Assembly (NCBI GenBank): GCA_965228615.1 | Contig: CBDDHT010000001.1 | Coordinates: forward strand, 242,371-306,370 | Reading direction: 5' to 3' | DNA from: Methyloligellaceae bacterium | GTDB lineage: Bacteria; Pseudomonadota; Alphaproteobacteria; Rhizobiales; Methyloligellaceae | Length of the DNA stretch: 64,000 nt | Shown: one piece after another, positions 1 to 9,621 of the stretch | Layout: each line of letters opens with the position of its first letter | Position numbering within the stretch: position 1 is the first letter of the stretch | The notes under the pieces: generated by a model | Seen by the model: the letters and a program-made list of their open reading frames with translations, nothing else | Told to the model about the DNA's origin: nothing | The model's database searches: none | Translations under genes and position numbers: made by a program

Positions 1-1115
1 TCTCGGTCATCGATACCGGGATCGGAATTCCAACCGACAAACATGAAGCGATCTTTGGCGCCTTTCAGCAGGTCGATGACTCCTCCACCCGTTGCCACGG
101 AGGGACGGGACTGGGCCTTGCCATTACCAAACGGATCGTCGAAACGCTGGGTGGCAGCATCGGTGTCGAAAGCGAAGTCGGGCGTGGCTCCACTTTTTGG
201 TTCAACGTCGCGCTGCCGATGGCTTCGGACGGTGCACTTTCAAAACAACCGCCGCCCGACGGGCTAACGGATCTTCCTGCTCTTATTGTCGATGACCGCC
301 CGATAAACCGCTTGATTCTCGAGGAGCAATTTGGCCATTGGGGTGCGCGGCCAACACCGGTCGATTCCGGACTGCGCGCTTTGGGTGCGTTGCAGGCTGC
401 TTTGAAAGACGATGCGCCATTTCGTGTTGCGGTGGTTAACGAGACATTGCCCGATATGGACGCGGCGACATTTGTGCAGCATGTCAGAGGTATCGACGGC
501 GCCTCCGATATGCCGATCATTGCCCTGACATCGATTGGTAAGGGCGAAGCCTGGAATCGGCTGCAAGAACTTCGTATTTCCGGACTTTTAGAAAAACCCG
601 TGAAAGGCGAACTCCTGCTGGAGACTATCGAAGAGGCAATTGCCGGCAAGGTGCTGACAGCGGACGCACATTCGGGTCAACAGTCGCCCCCTGCCGCAGG
701 GACTGCGCAATGGACCGTGCTAGTTGCAGAGGATCATGAGATGAACCGCCGATTGGTGGAGCATATGCTCTACGGCTCCGATTTTCGGCCTATATTTGCC
801 GAAAATGGCGAGGCGGCGGTTCGGCTCTATCGCGAAACCCAACCGGATCTCATCTTGATGGACGTGTCGATGCCAAAGATGGATGGGTATGAGGCCACGG
901 CCCGGATACGCGAAATTCAGCAGCATATGGGCAACGCCGTGCCGATTATCGGAGTCACCGCGCATGCATTTGAGGAGGATAAGCGACGGTGCCTTCAGAG
1001 TGGCATGGACGATCACCTGCCAAAACCCCTCGGACTGGAGGCGCTCAGGAATGCACTTGAGCATTGGATCCACGGTCGCCAGTCGAGCGCTGCGCCAATA
1101 GCAACGCTTCAGTAA
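1..1115 (+). CDS. hybrid sensor histidine kinase/response regulator, 5'-truncated by the window edge (end of HATPase_c domain plus two receiver domains)
   Basis: The frame is open from nt 3. It reads SVIDTGIGIP..HGGTGLGLAITKRIVE..GSTFWF (ATP-lid G boxes) and is continuous with the 219..1115 ORF. That ORF holds two REC domains (ALIVDDRPINR...; VLVAEDHEMNRR..DLILMDVSMPKMDGYE..KP). Confidence 0.85.
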   Translation, partial: SVIDTGIGIPTDKHEAIFGAFQQVDDSSTRCHGGTGLGLAITKRIVETLGGSIGVESEVGRGSTFWFNVALPMASDGALSKQPPPDGLTDLPALIVDDRPINRLILEEQFGHWGARPTPVDSGLRALGALQAALKDDAPFRVAVVNETLPDMDAATFVQHVRGIDGASDMPIIALTSIGKGEAWNRLQELRISGLLEKPVKGELLLETIEEAIAGKVLTADAHSGQQSPPAAGTAQWTVLVAEDHEMNRRLVEHMLYGSDFRPIFAENGEAAVRLYRETQPDLILMDVSMPKMDGYEATARIREIQQHMGNAVPIIGVTAHAFEEDKRRCLQSGMDDHLPKPLGLEALRNALEHWIHGRQSSAAPIATLQ

Positions 1116-1211
1116 CCTTTATACAACCCGCGAAACCCCCGGATTAACGCTAATTTCATGCCTGCCGTGTAGCGTCTGCACGGTGTGGTTGTATGAGTTC
1201 TGGGGGCTCAA

Positions 1212-2015
1212 ATGCGTATCGCGTCCTTGTTTAAGTCTTTGGCTTGTTCCGTTTTTGCGATCTCTTTGGCGGCAACGGCAAATGCAGGCGAGCTCAAAAT
1301 CGTCGGTACAGGCGATGGTCTGGAAATGCTACGCGCGCTCGCTGTGGCTTATGCCGCAGAGCATGACAGTGTCGAAATCTCGATCCCACCGAGTATCGGA
1401 TCGGGAGGCGGCGTTGTCGCTGTTGGCTCTGACCGTGAGCGTTTAGGACGTGTCGCGCGGCCTTTGAAGCCGTCTGAGATCAAGTACGGCCTGGTCTATG
1501 TGCCCATTGCCAAGATTCCATCGGCGATTTTCACCCATCCGTCGACCAACATTAGAGGGCTGACCAGCAGCGATCTCGTGCGCGTCTATTCGGGCAAGGC
1601 GACATCGTGGTCGGATCTTGGTGGTGCAAAGCTCAAGGTGAAAGTTGTCCGACGCGAAGAGGCCGACAGCACGCTTCAGGTTCTGCGTGCGAGCATGCCG
1701 GGCTGGTCTTCCCTTGAATTTACATCTCGCTCAAAAACGGCGGTAACGACGCAAGACGCGATCCAGACCGTTCGCCAAATACCGGGGACGATCGGCTTTG
1801 GCCCTTACTCCAAACCCCTTAGCTTCGATATGAACGTTCTTCGGATTGATGGAAAGTTCCCGACTGATCCCGATTATCCTAGTGCCGTCGAGTTGGCTCT
1901 GATCTACAAAGCGGACAGACTCGATAACGCTATGAAATCCTTTGTCGATTTCTCACTGTCAGAAGCAGGCGCCAAGATCATCACCAACTATGGCGGTGTT
2001 CCTGCGCGACCGTAG
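1212..2015 (+). CDS. periplasmic PstS/PBP-fold substrate-binding protein
   Basis: Sec signal MRIASLFKSLACSVFAISLAATANA. Composition and size are typical of type-2 periplasmic binding proteins (SIGSGGG loop). The stop lies 6 nt before the next gene. Confidence 0.65.
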   Translation: MRIASLFKSLACSVFAISLAATANAGELKIVGTGDGLEMLRALAVAYAAEHDSVEISIPPSIGSGGGVVAVGSDRERLGRVARPLKPSEIKYGLVYVPIAKIPSAIFTHPSTNIRGLTSSDLVRVYSGKATSWSDLGGAKLKVKVVRREEADSTLQVLRASMPGWSSLEFTSRSKTAVTTQDAIQTVRQIPGTIGFGPYSKPLSFDMNVLRIDGKFPTDPDYPSAVELALIYKADRLDNAMKSFVDFSLSEAGAKIITNYGGVPARP

Positions 2016-2021
2016 GGTTCA

Positions 2022-4913
2022 ATGAAAATCCGGCTGCGTTCGCTATCTACAAGATTCACTGTTGGTACAACTGCGACGGCAGCAGCGGCTTTTCTTTGCC
2101 TGATCGCACTTGTCGTCTATCAGCTCGAGCGAAGCATCGAGCGCCAGGCCCTGAAGCTGGAAGCGCTCTCGGATGCCAAGCTGGCGGACACGCTCGATGC
2201 CAATGTTCGACTGGCGGGAAAACGCCTTGAAGCCCTTTTCGAAGACACCAGTCGTCGCGTCAGTGCGATTGCGAGCCGTGCCGATACGATCACGGCCGCG
2301 TCCTCGCTCAATGTCGTTGCGATGTCCGAGATGCTCGGTCCTGCAGCGAAGAATGCTCAACTCGATGGAATTGTCGTAGTCAATCATGACGGAAAAGTCA
2401 TTGGCGCCTCCTCCGGACAGGCCGATCTGATTTCAATTGACCTACGCCTCTCTCGAGCCAAGTTTGCCGAACCGATTAAGCGGCTTCTGGCTAGAAACAA
2501 TCCTGCAGATCCGGAAATTTTCACCGATCTGATACCGGCCAATGAGTTCGGCGCACTGATTCCGAAGCCCGGAGAATTTGCAATCTCCCAAGTCGTCTTT
2601 GTACCGTTGTTCGATGACTTTGGAGAGGTATCAGGCGGTTTGATCGCACAGCGCCGGCTTCAGCGTCATGAAGCAACGCTTCTCGAATTTGCTGAAATTG
2701 GTTCGCTGAGTCTGGCGGTTCTCTTGAACGGGAAAGTGATTTCCGATGCGGCGTTTCTCGGCGATCTGTCCAATATCGGCAAGAGGCGTTCTAATTCAAA
2801 CATCACTGCCGATAGTCATCATGTGATCCGATGCAATACGATAATCGAGCCTCTTGAGATTTGTGCCCTAAAGCCCATCGAGGAACTCTATGCGACACAA
2901 TACGAGCTGACCAAGATCGGCAAGGAGGAAGAGCGTTCTCTTGTAAAGTCTCTCATAGTGTTTGGTCTCTTTTCGACGATCGTGTTCGTTCTCTTTTCAA
3001 TCGCCATCGCGCGTCAGATAACGCGACCGCTCACCCGTATCACTCGCGTCGTGTCTGGCGTCGCAGGCGGGGACTATGAGGCGGAAGTCGACAGCACCGA
3101 ACGTGCCGATGAGGTTGGAGACATTGCGCGTGCCGTTGTCTTGCTGCAGGACTCTGTGAAGGAGCGTGATAGTCTGCGCGAGAACATCCAGGTCAAGAAC
3201 GAAATTCTGAAGCGCAAAGAGGCGGAGCTTCGAACCCAGAACGGCCTGTTCGATGCTGCCCTGAACAACATGTCGCATGGATTGTGCATGTTCGGTCAGG
3301 ACCAGAAGTTGATCGTATCGAACAGGCGCTATCTGGAATTATTCGATCTGACATCCGAGCAAGTGTGCCCGGGTATGGAACTTTCGACGCTGATTGCCCT
3401 ACAGCATGTCGCCACTGCAGAAGACTCCGAAGACGATATCGCGCGACCCCCAGACGATGCCTGGCCGGTTAATAGGCGCAGTGCCGATACGCTTCGTCTG
3501 ACAAATGGCCGCATGATCTTGACGACCCGACAACCGCTTATCGGCGGCGGTTGGGTTGCGATATTCGAGGACGTGACCGAACGGCAACGTGCCCGGGACC
3601 GTCTCGCACATCTTGCGAAACATGATGGTCTGACGGACCTGCCAAACCGCATCCGGCTTCGCGAACATCTGACCGCAAGTCTGCTCCAGCGAGAGTCGGA
3701 AGGTGGAAACTTTGCGATCCTGTTTATGGATCTGGACGAATTCAAAACCGTGAATGACTCACTCGGCCACCACGTTGGCGATCAGCTCTTGTGCGAGGTG
3801 GCGGTCCGTCTCAAATCGATTACGACCGACAATCAGTTGGTCGTCCGATTGGGGGGCGACGAGTTTGCAATCGTCACAGAAATCCCGACTCGCGGAACCG
3901 ACGCTGCCCATCTCGCGCGCAAAAGCATCGATGCCGTGTCGCAGCCCTACATGATTGAAGATCATGAAGCTGTAATCAGTGCGAGTGTCGGCATCGCCAT
4001 GGTGCGGGAAGAAGGCCTGGACGGCGATGAACTCCTCCGTCAGGCCGATCTCGCCTTGTACCAAGCCAAGGCAGACGGCCGGAACACATACCGTTTCTTC
4101 GAAGAGGAAATGGGCACGCAGATCAACACCCGTCGTGAGCTGATTACCGATCTCCAGCGTGCAATGGAGAATGGTGAACTCGAGGCGTTCTTCCAGCCGC
4201 AGATAAACCTCGCCGATGATACGATTTCCGGTTTCGAAGCATTGATGCGCTGGCGCCACCCGGTTCGGGGTATGATCTCGCCGGCAGAGTTCATCCCGAT
4301 CGCCGAGGACACGGGGCTAATCGTTCAGATGGGTGAGTGGATCCTGCGCGAGTCGTGCAGGGTAGCGATGGACTGGCCTCTGCCGGTACGGGTCGCCGTC
4401 AACATTTCTGCGCGTCAGCTCAAGTCCAAAGGGTTTGCGTCGACTTTGATCAATACGCTTGCGACGACCGGGCTTCCCTCGAACCGTCTTGAGCTTGAAG
4501 TGACGGAAAGCGTGCTCCTCGGCGAGGACGACGAGACCTTATCGGCGCTGATGCGAACGAAGGCACTTGGTGTCAAGATCTCGATGGATGATTTTGGTAC
4601 CGGATATTCTTCGCTGAGCTGTCTGAGGAGTTTCCCCTTCGATAAGATCAAGATCGATCAGTCTTTCGTGCGATCTATGGCCGACAACGAGGAATCGGAA
4701 TCGATCGTACGTGCCATCGTGGAACTGGCGGATTCTCTCAAAATGACTACGACTGCAGAAGGCGTAGAAACGAAAGACCTGATTAAGCTTCTGAGAAGCT
4801 GTGGCTGCACGGAGGCGCAGGGCTACTACTTTGGCAGGCCGGCACCGGCAAGCGAGGCCAAACGACTTCTGCAATCAAATATGCAGCCACTGAGGATCGT
4901 TGCAAGTGGCTAG
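2022..4913 (+). CDS. membrane sensory diguanylate cyclase/phosphodiesterase (periplasmic region-TM-HAMP-PAS-GGDEF-EAL)
   Basis: N-terminal TM, a second TM (LIVFGLFSTIVFVLFSIAIA) followed by a HAMP-like segment. GGDEF motif RLGGDEFAIV. EAL motif FEALMRW plus DDFGTGYSSL and KIDQSF. Confidence 0.9.
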   Translation: MKIRLRSLSTRFTVGTTATAAAAFLCLIALVVYQLERSIERQALKLEALSDAKLADTLDANVRLAGKRLEALFEDTSRRVSAIASRADTITAASSLNVVAMSEMLGPAAKNAQLDGIVVVNHDGKVIGASSGQADLISIDLRLSRAKFAEPIKRLLARNNPADPEIFTDLIPANEFGALIPKPGEFAISQVVFVPLFDDFGEVSGGLIAQRRLQRHEATLLEFAEIGSLSLAVLLNGKVISDAAFLGDLSNIGKRRSNSNITADSHHVIRCNTIIEPLEICALKPIEELYATQYELTKIGKEEERSLVKSLIVFGLFSTIVFVLFSIAIARQITRPLTRITRVVSGVAGGDYEAEVDSTERADEVGDIARAVVLLQDSVKERDSLRENIQVKNEILKRKEAELRTQNGLFDAALNNMSHGLCMFGQDQKLIVSNRRYLELFDLTSEQVCPGMELSTLIALQHVATAEDSEDDIARPPDDAWPVNRRSADTLRLTNGRMILTTRQPLIGGGWVAIFEDVTERQRARDRLAHLAKHDGLTDLPNRIRLREHLTASLLQRESEGGNFAILFMDLDEFKTVNDSLGHHVGDQLLCEVAVRLKSITTDNQLVVRLGGDEFAIVTEIPTRGTDAAHLARKSIDAVSQPYMIEDHEAVISASVGIAMVREEGLDGDELLRQADLALYQAKADGRNTYRFFEEEMGTQINTRRELITDLQRAMENGELEAFFQPQINLADDTISGFEALMRWRHPVRGMISPAEFIPIAEDTGLIVQMGEWILRESCRVAMDWPLPVRVAVNISARQLKSKGFASTLINTLATTGLPSNRLELEVTESVLLGEDDETLSALMRTKALGVKISMDDFGTGYSSLSCLRSFPFDKIKIDQSFVRSMADNEESESIVRAIVELADSLKMTTTAEGVETKDLIKLLRSCGCTEAQGYYFGRPAPASEAKRLLQSNMQPLRIVASG

Positions 4914-4937
4914 AGAATCTATGCTGTTGCGGAGTAT

Positions 4938-5954
4938 TCAGGCTGCCGCCGGTGTTGGTTGCTGTGTGCGTCGGCCGCCAAATGCCAGCTCGGCCCATTC
5001 GCGAAAGGTGCGCTGAGTACTCGCCGCGAAGAATGGATCGGCATAGAAAGTTGCGTTGGCGGCTAGTGCGTGTTGCCGGACGGCGTCGACCTGGCTGGGC
5101 GAGCCGGCCGCATAGACCACATGATGCTCTTCAAGATACGGAAGAGAATCGGACGGGCGCCGACGAGAAATGTAGAAACCGTCCCCATCGCTGGCTGTCA
5201 ATGTAACGTTGGCGCCGCGCTCGCGTAGCCAATCGACAGCATTCTTCATATAGAGGCCGTCCGCCGTCCTTGCTCCCGCAATCACATGGACCGAGCGGTT
5301 CGGCTGCCCGATACTGGCGGCGACCGCAATCGACCAGATCGGCGCAAAGCCAGTCCCGGTGGAGACCAACACCAACGGGTCGGATTGTCGCCTCAGATAG
5401 CAGTTTCCATAGGGGCCTTTTACAACGACTCTGTGTCCGACTGCGATGTCGGTGCCGAGATGCGATGAGACTTTGCCGCCCGCATAGACCTTCATGTGGA
5501 ACACCAGGACGTCGTGCTCGGCATCGAGATCGAACGGGATCGTCGGACTATAATCGCGCGGTGGATAACCTTTGAAGGCAAGGCGGACATACTGCCCTGG
5601 CAACCAGGGCACCGGCTTCGTCATACGCAGCCGAACCTCAAGCAGATCCTTGGCGATCGGCTCGATGCTCTCCACGGTCCCACGCGTGTTCCGAACGATA
5701 GGAACGGGCTCGTATGAAATCTCGGCATCGCCTTCGAGCGTTGCAAGACAGCCGAGCACCGTGTTCTTTTCCCGCGTGCCGAAATCATCCACGTCGCCGC
5801 TGACGACGGTGATCCGGCATGTTTCGCACTGACCTGAACAGCAATCGTGAGGGACGACAATGCGTCCGCCGAGTGCCGCGTCTATCAACGTTTCGCCGAT
5901 ATTCGCGCGGATGACCTTTCCGTTGACGGTAAGGTTGCACTTTCCACCAGCCAT
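4938..5954 (-). CDS. 2Fe-2S ferredoxin fused to FNR-type FAD/NAD(P)H oxidoreductase
   Basis: N-terminal plant-type cluster motif CCSGQCETC..C. RDYSP flavin motif. GTGFAPI nucleotide-binding motif. Confidence 0.8.
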   Translation of the reverse strand: MAGGKCNLTVNGKVIRANIGETLIDAALGGRIVVPHDCCSGQCETCRITVVSGDVDDFGTREKNTVLGCLATLEGDAEISYEPVPIVRNTRGTVESIEPIAKDLLEVRLRMTKPVPWLPGQYVRLAFKGYPPRDYSPTIPFDLDAEHDVLVFHMKVYAGGKVSSHLGTDIAVGHRVVVKGPYGNCYLRRQSDPLVLVSTGTGFAPIWSIAVAASIGQPNRSVHVIAGARTADGLYMKNAVDWLRERGANVTLTASDGDGFYISRRRPSDSLPYLEEHHVVYAAGSPSQVDAVRQHALAANATFYADPFFAASTQRTFREWAELAFGGRRTQQPTPAAA

Positions 5955-6027
5955 CTAATCGTATCCCTCTTGCAATATGATCGCTTACTCCAGAGCTGGA
6001 GAATTGCTCTAGGAGGTCGGAATTGAA

Positions 6028-7809
6028 CTAGCGAAGATCCAGCCGCACCGGGCGGACGTGCCGTGTATGGCGCGTCTGGTTGTTGTCGAAGACAGCGACC
6101 CACACATACAGGTCACTGGTCATATCTAGATCGAGTGCATGGCCAGTACTGAGCTTGCGCGTGACCTCAAGGGTCCAATAGCCGTTTTCCCATTTTGCAC
6201 CGCCTGCCAAGTCGGCTCTGCTCCCTTCATATTCCCCTATTATGAGAACACCGGGAATAACCGTTCCAACCGGGATCGTCGCATCATGCTCCGCGCTATA
6301 TGGAACGGTGTCTTTTTCTAACATCCACCACTTCGAACCGGGGGCATCGCTCGCCTCCGGCGACAGGTTGAATGCTCCGAGGCCCGCTGTCGTTGCGGCG
6401 TGATCCACGGGCAAACGCTTGACTCCAACCGTTCCGCGGTACCCCCCCGGGGGTTCCCCCTTATAGTTGTAGACATAGAACGACTTGCCCTTGTCGGGTC
6501 CATAGCCGGCGCTATAACGCTTTAGGCCGGCGCGCTGCTTGTCGTTTGCTTCCTTGGGCGGGCCGAACCACATGTCATCGACCTTGCCGAGCATTCCGCC
6601 GCGCGACGCTTTCCACTGCCACACATCGATGATGCTGCCGTCGGTCGTATAGTGCAGACCGCGGCCATTCAGCGGGCCAGGTTTGTCGCTGAGAGGCTTC
6701 CGGCCCATATGGGTCGAGCCAGCCGATCCGAATGTGTCGGACTTGGAGAACATGACCGAAAACTTGTCCTCGTAGAATGCGGACTCGTCGGCGATATCCG
6801 CTTTGTTATGCAGCAGATGCCAGCCATCTGTTCGCTTAATGAGCGGCAGGCGCTTGAGTGATCGGGTCGGGTCCTGCCAGCGGAACGCGAAAGCGATGCT
6901 GTCGGCAGTCCTGACTGCACGCAGCTCGACAGTCGATTCCCCACTGCCTCCAAGATTGACGCCCTGTTGTGTCCGCACAAACACCGGCTCGGCGGTCTGC
7001 CAGGCTTTGTCATTGAGCAGGCCATCGAGCTTCGGTAGGTCTGCAACGCTCTGCGCAACCAATGTATCACGTGTCCCGAAGTCGGTGGTCACAACCACTG
7101 CGGCAACGACAAGCCCGACCGTGAGTGCCTTTGCGAATGGTTTCGCAGACATGCCGCGATACATTCTGAGCGGCTGCGGCCGGAAGAGGCGAAGCAGCTG
7201 CGCAAGCCCGCCATACATATAGTGGCTGAAAACATGCGCCACGATGTAACAGCCGACAATCAGTGCCGCGATATAGTGGATGTCGACGACCAGTCCGCCA
7301 TGACCGAGATAGAGCAGGACGCCCGTCACCGTTAACGCCGCGACGGCAGCAAAGAGTGCCCAGTAGAAGATCACGTTGACCGCCGCCCAGCGCAAGCGGG
7401 GGCTCGCGGGGAGTGTCAGGACAATGGTCTTTTTGAGTGACACGCGCCGCTTCAGCCGGCTCATGGAAAGATACAGCCCGTAAGCTACGATCCCCGCCAG
7501 CACGACTAGTGCCGAGACGAAATGCCATGTCCAGATCTCCCCCTGGGGGAGTATCACTTCCAGTGATTGAGCAAAAACCGAGTATTCAGCATCGGAGGAG
7601 AGCCGTAGTCCAGTCAAAAGACTGACGACAATCGCTATTGCCAGTGCCCAATGCAGAACGATTGTGCCAACGTCACTACGTGGCGCGACGGCGCCCGGTG
7701 GCTGATGCTTCGATGTATAGAGATTATGCTGAGATGTTGCCCGATCTGATGACTCCGCCGCAGGCAACACGCGAAGAAACCGACTCATACTTCCGCTGAA
7801 TGCAGACAC
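6028..7809 (-). CDS. membrane b-type cytochrome domain fused to a periplasmic ethylbenzene-dehydrogenase-gamma/DOMON-like haem-binding domain
   Basis: The N-terminal ~230 aa has 4 TM helices with conserved His (LHWALA.., HVFSHY), as in the Ni/Fe-hydrogenase b-type cytochrome family. The C-terminal ~350 aa is soluble and W/Y/G-rich. The domain name is recalled from memory, not searched. Start is ambiguous (GTG 7809 or ATG 7788). Confidence 0.55.
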   Translation of the reverse strand: MSAFSGSMSRFLRVLPAAESSDRATSQHNLYTSKHQPPGAVAPRSDVGTIVLHWALAIAIVVSLLTGLRLSSDAEYSVFAQSLEVILPQGEIWTWHFVSALVVLAGIVAYGLYLSMSRLKRRVSLKKTIVLTLPASPRLRWAAVNVIFYWALFAAVAALTVTGVLLYLGHGGLVVDIHYIAALIVGCYIVAHVFSHYMYGGLAQLLRLFRPQPLRMYRGMSAKPFAKALTVGLVVAAVVVTTDFGTRDTLVAQSVADLPKLDGLLNDKAWQTAEPVFVRTQQGVNLGGSGESTVELRAVRTADSIAFAFRWQDPTRSLKRLPLIKRTDGWHLLHNKADIADESAFYEDKFSVMFSKSDTFGSAGSTHMGRKPLSDKPGPLNGRGLHYTTDGSIIDVWQWKASRGGMLGKVDDMWFGPPKEANDKQRAGLKRYSAGYGPDKGKSFYVYNYKGEPPGGYRGTVGVKRLPVDHAATTAGLGAFNLSPEASDAPGSKWWMLEKDTVPYSAEHDATIPVGTVIPGVLIIGEYEGSRADLAGGAKWENGYWTLEVTRKLSTGHALDLDMTSDLYVWVAVFDNNQTRHTRHVRPVRLDLR

Positions 7810-8185
7810 CGACTGCCCCCTTTGTCGACGAACCTGACATTAATGAATATTATCAAGGTTTACGTCGTTCAGCTTGATAACTTGTCGTTAGGGTTAATAG
7901 TAGTCGCGAGGGTAAAGGCTGTCGAGATTTTTTTCAACCAAAACGAGTGGTTAGAGCTTTGTGCAACTTTTTAGGGAGAATGGTGCGAGCCGCGGACCCG
8001 TTCTCAGTTCCGACGCCGGCAGACCGACAAACGGGTGCGCTGGACCCACAAAAATGATGCAGACCTGCAACACTGCGAGTCTAATCGTATCCATCCCAGA
8101 GAAATGTTCCAAATCCCGCCGCATTTGAAGCGCGCCATGGCGGTTCCAGGAAATTCCGTATGGCAGACACGGGGAAGTACTGATT

Positions 8186-8578
8186 ATGGAACTAAGAACC
8201 GAAGCTCCCAACACATTCGTACCCAAGACGGACGGTCCGGTTGCCGGTCGTCCGGTGGATCTGGTTCATCTGGCCCGATACACATTGGGAGACGCATCCC
8301 ATGAGCGTCAGGTATTGGCATTATTTCGGACCCAATCGGGCGCCTGTCTCAACAAGCTGGCACATGCCGAGCATGAGCAGGCTTGGCGGGATGCAGCCCA
8401 CACGATAGCAGATTCGGCACGCGATATCGGCGCCTGGCAGGTGGTAAGAACGGCTGAAGATGCCGAAGCCTTGGCAGGGGCCGCCCTGGAAGGCGCGCGT
8501 GTCGAAGCGCTCGAGTCGCTCCAGCGTGATCTGAGCGAGGCGAATGGTTACATTCGCACCCTGCTTGCCGACGGCTAA
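8186..8578 (+). CDS. stand-alone Hpt (histidine phosphotransfer) domain protein
   Basis: Four-helix-sized 130-aa protein with an HxxxxSARDIGA motif (AAHTIADSARDIGA) resembling the Hpt HxxKGxxxxxGA site. Confidence 0.6.
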   Translation: MELRTEAPNTFVPKTDGPVAGRPVDLVHLARYTLGDASHERQVLALFRTQSGACLNKLAHAEHEQAWRDAAHTIADSARDIGAWQVVRTAEDAEALAGAALEGARVEALESLQRDLSEANGYIRTLLADG

Positions 8579-9621
8579 GCTGAGATCCCGGCAAGCGTCG
8601 TAAGGGATCCGTCCGCTTTCACGATGTAGGCCCGGGTGGATTTGCGCGCCGCGAGCAGCATCGCGATCTGTGCTTCCGTCATGACCGAGAAGGCTGTGGA
8701 CAACGCATCGGCGGTGGCGGCTGAACGGTCGGTCACCGACACAGAGCGGTACGCTTGGCTGCTCTTGCCTGTGTGAGGCGCGAAAATGTGATGGTGACGT
8801 CCATCCGATGTGAACCGATATCCCCGACCAGCCGAAGTCGCGAGGGCCATGTCCTTCAGGGAGAGTTGAAAGGCATGATCACTGCCGCCGGTCGGATCTT
8901 CGACTCCTGCCTGCCAGGGCGCGTCTCCGGGAGCTTGCCCTAGACCGAATGTTTCACCGAGATTGATCAATGCACTGCCAAAGCCGAGTCGTTTCAGAGA
9001 GTGCGCGGCGCGATCGGCGATGTAGCCCTGGGCGATTCCATTCAACGTTATGGCCATCCCGGTCTTGGCAAAACGGATCTCATTCGACGAGACGCTGATG
9101 TTTCTTGCGTCGACCAATTCAAGGACGCGGTCCAATTCGATCGAACTTGGACCGTTAGGATCTGCCGAGCCTGATTGAAAATGGTTGGCGTAAAGGTTCC
9201 AGAGCGGCTGCACGGAGATGTCGAATGCACCGTTCGTCTGACGGCCGATTGCAAGGGCCAGCGACGTGAGGGCAATCATGTCCTGATCGGGTTGTTCCAG
9301 ATGGCCGTCCCGGTTCAGGCGCGAAACGGCGCTTGATGGTCGGTAAATGCTGAACAGGTCTTCCAGGCGAGAAATCTCGGCGAGACAGTTTCGAAGCCCT
9401 TCAGCCGCCAGTTCGGAGTTTTCGTGAACAAGTGTGATTTTCGCCTCTGCGCCAAGGGCGACGCCGCGCCACGTGACCGCGTTTGGCGCTGCGGCGCTTT
9501 GCGCCATGCGCATGGCCGCCGTGCCGAGGAGTGCCGTTCCCGTTGCTGCTGCGGTAATGGCGATCACGCGCCTGCGACTCAGGCGCGGCGATGCCGTAGG
9601 AGAACGGATATCAATGGGCAT
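8575..9621 (-). CDS. nosX: NosX, ApbE-family FAD:protein FMN transferase (Tat-exported)
   Basis: Start is trimmed to MPIDIRSPTASPRLSRRRVIAITAAATG (twin-arginine signal). The length is ApbE-like and it is the last gene of the nos cluster. The longer ORF-track start would overlap nosL. Confidence 0.8.
   Translation of the reverse strand: MPIDIRSPTASPRLSRRRVIAITAAATGTALLGTAAMRMAQSAAAPNAVTWRGVALGAEAKITLVHENSELAAEGLRNCLAEISRLEDLFSIYRPSSAVSRLNRDGHLEQPDQDMIALTSLALAIGRQTNGAFDISVQPLWNLYANHFQSGSADPNGPSSIELDRVLELVDARNISVSSNEIRFAKTGMAITLNGIAQGYIADRAAHSLKRLGFGSALINLGETFGLGQAPGDAPWQAGVEDPTGGSDHAFQLSLKDMALATSAGRGYRFTSDGRHHHIFAPHTGKSSQAYRSVSVTDRSAATADALSTAFSVMTEAQIAMLLAARKSTRAYIVKADGSLTTLAGISA

Noticed and set aside
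7843-7856. FNR-like site ATGAATATTATCAA upstream of the cytochrome b fusion gene
   Set aside because: Only the right half matches ATCAA. The left half matches 3 of 5 positions, which is insufficient without experimental support.
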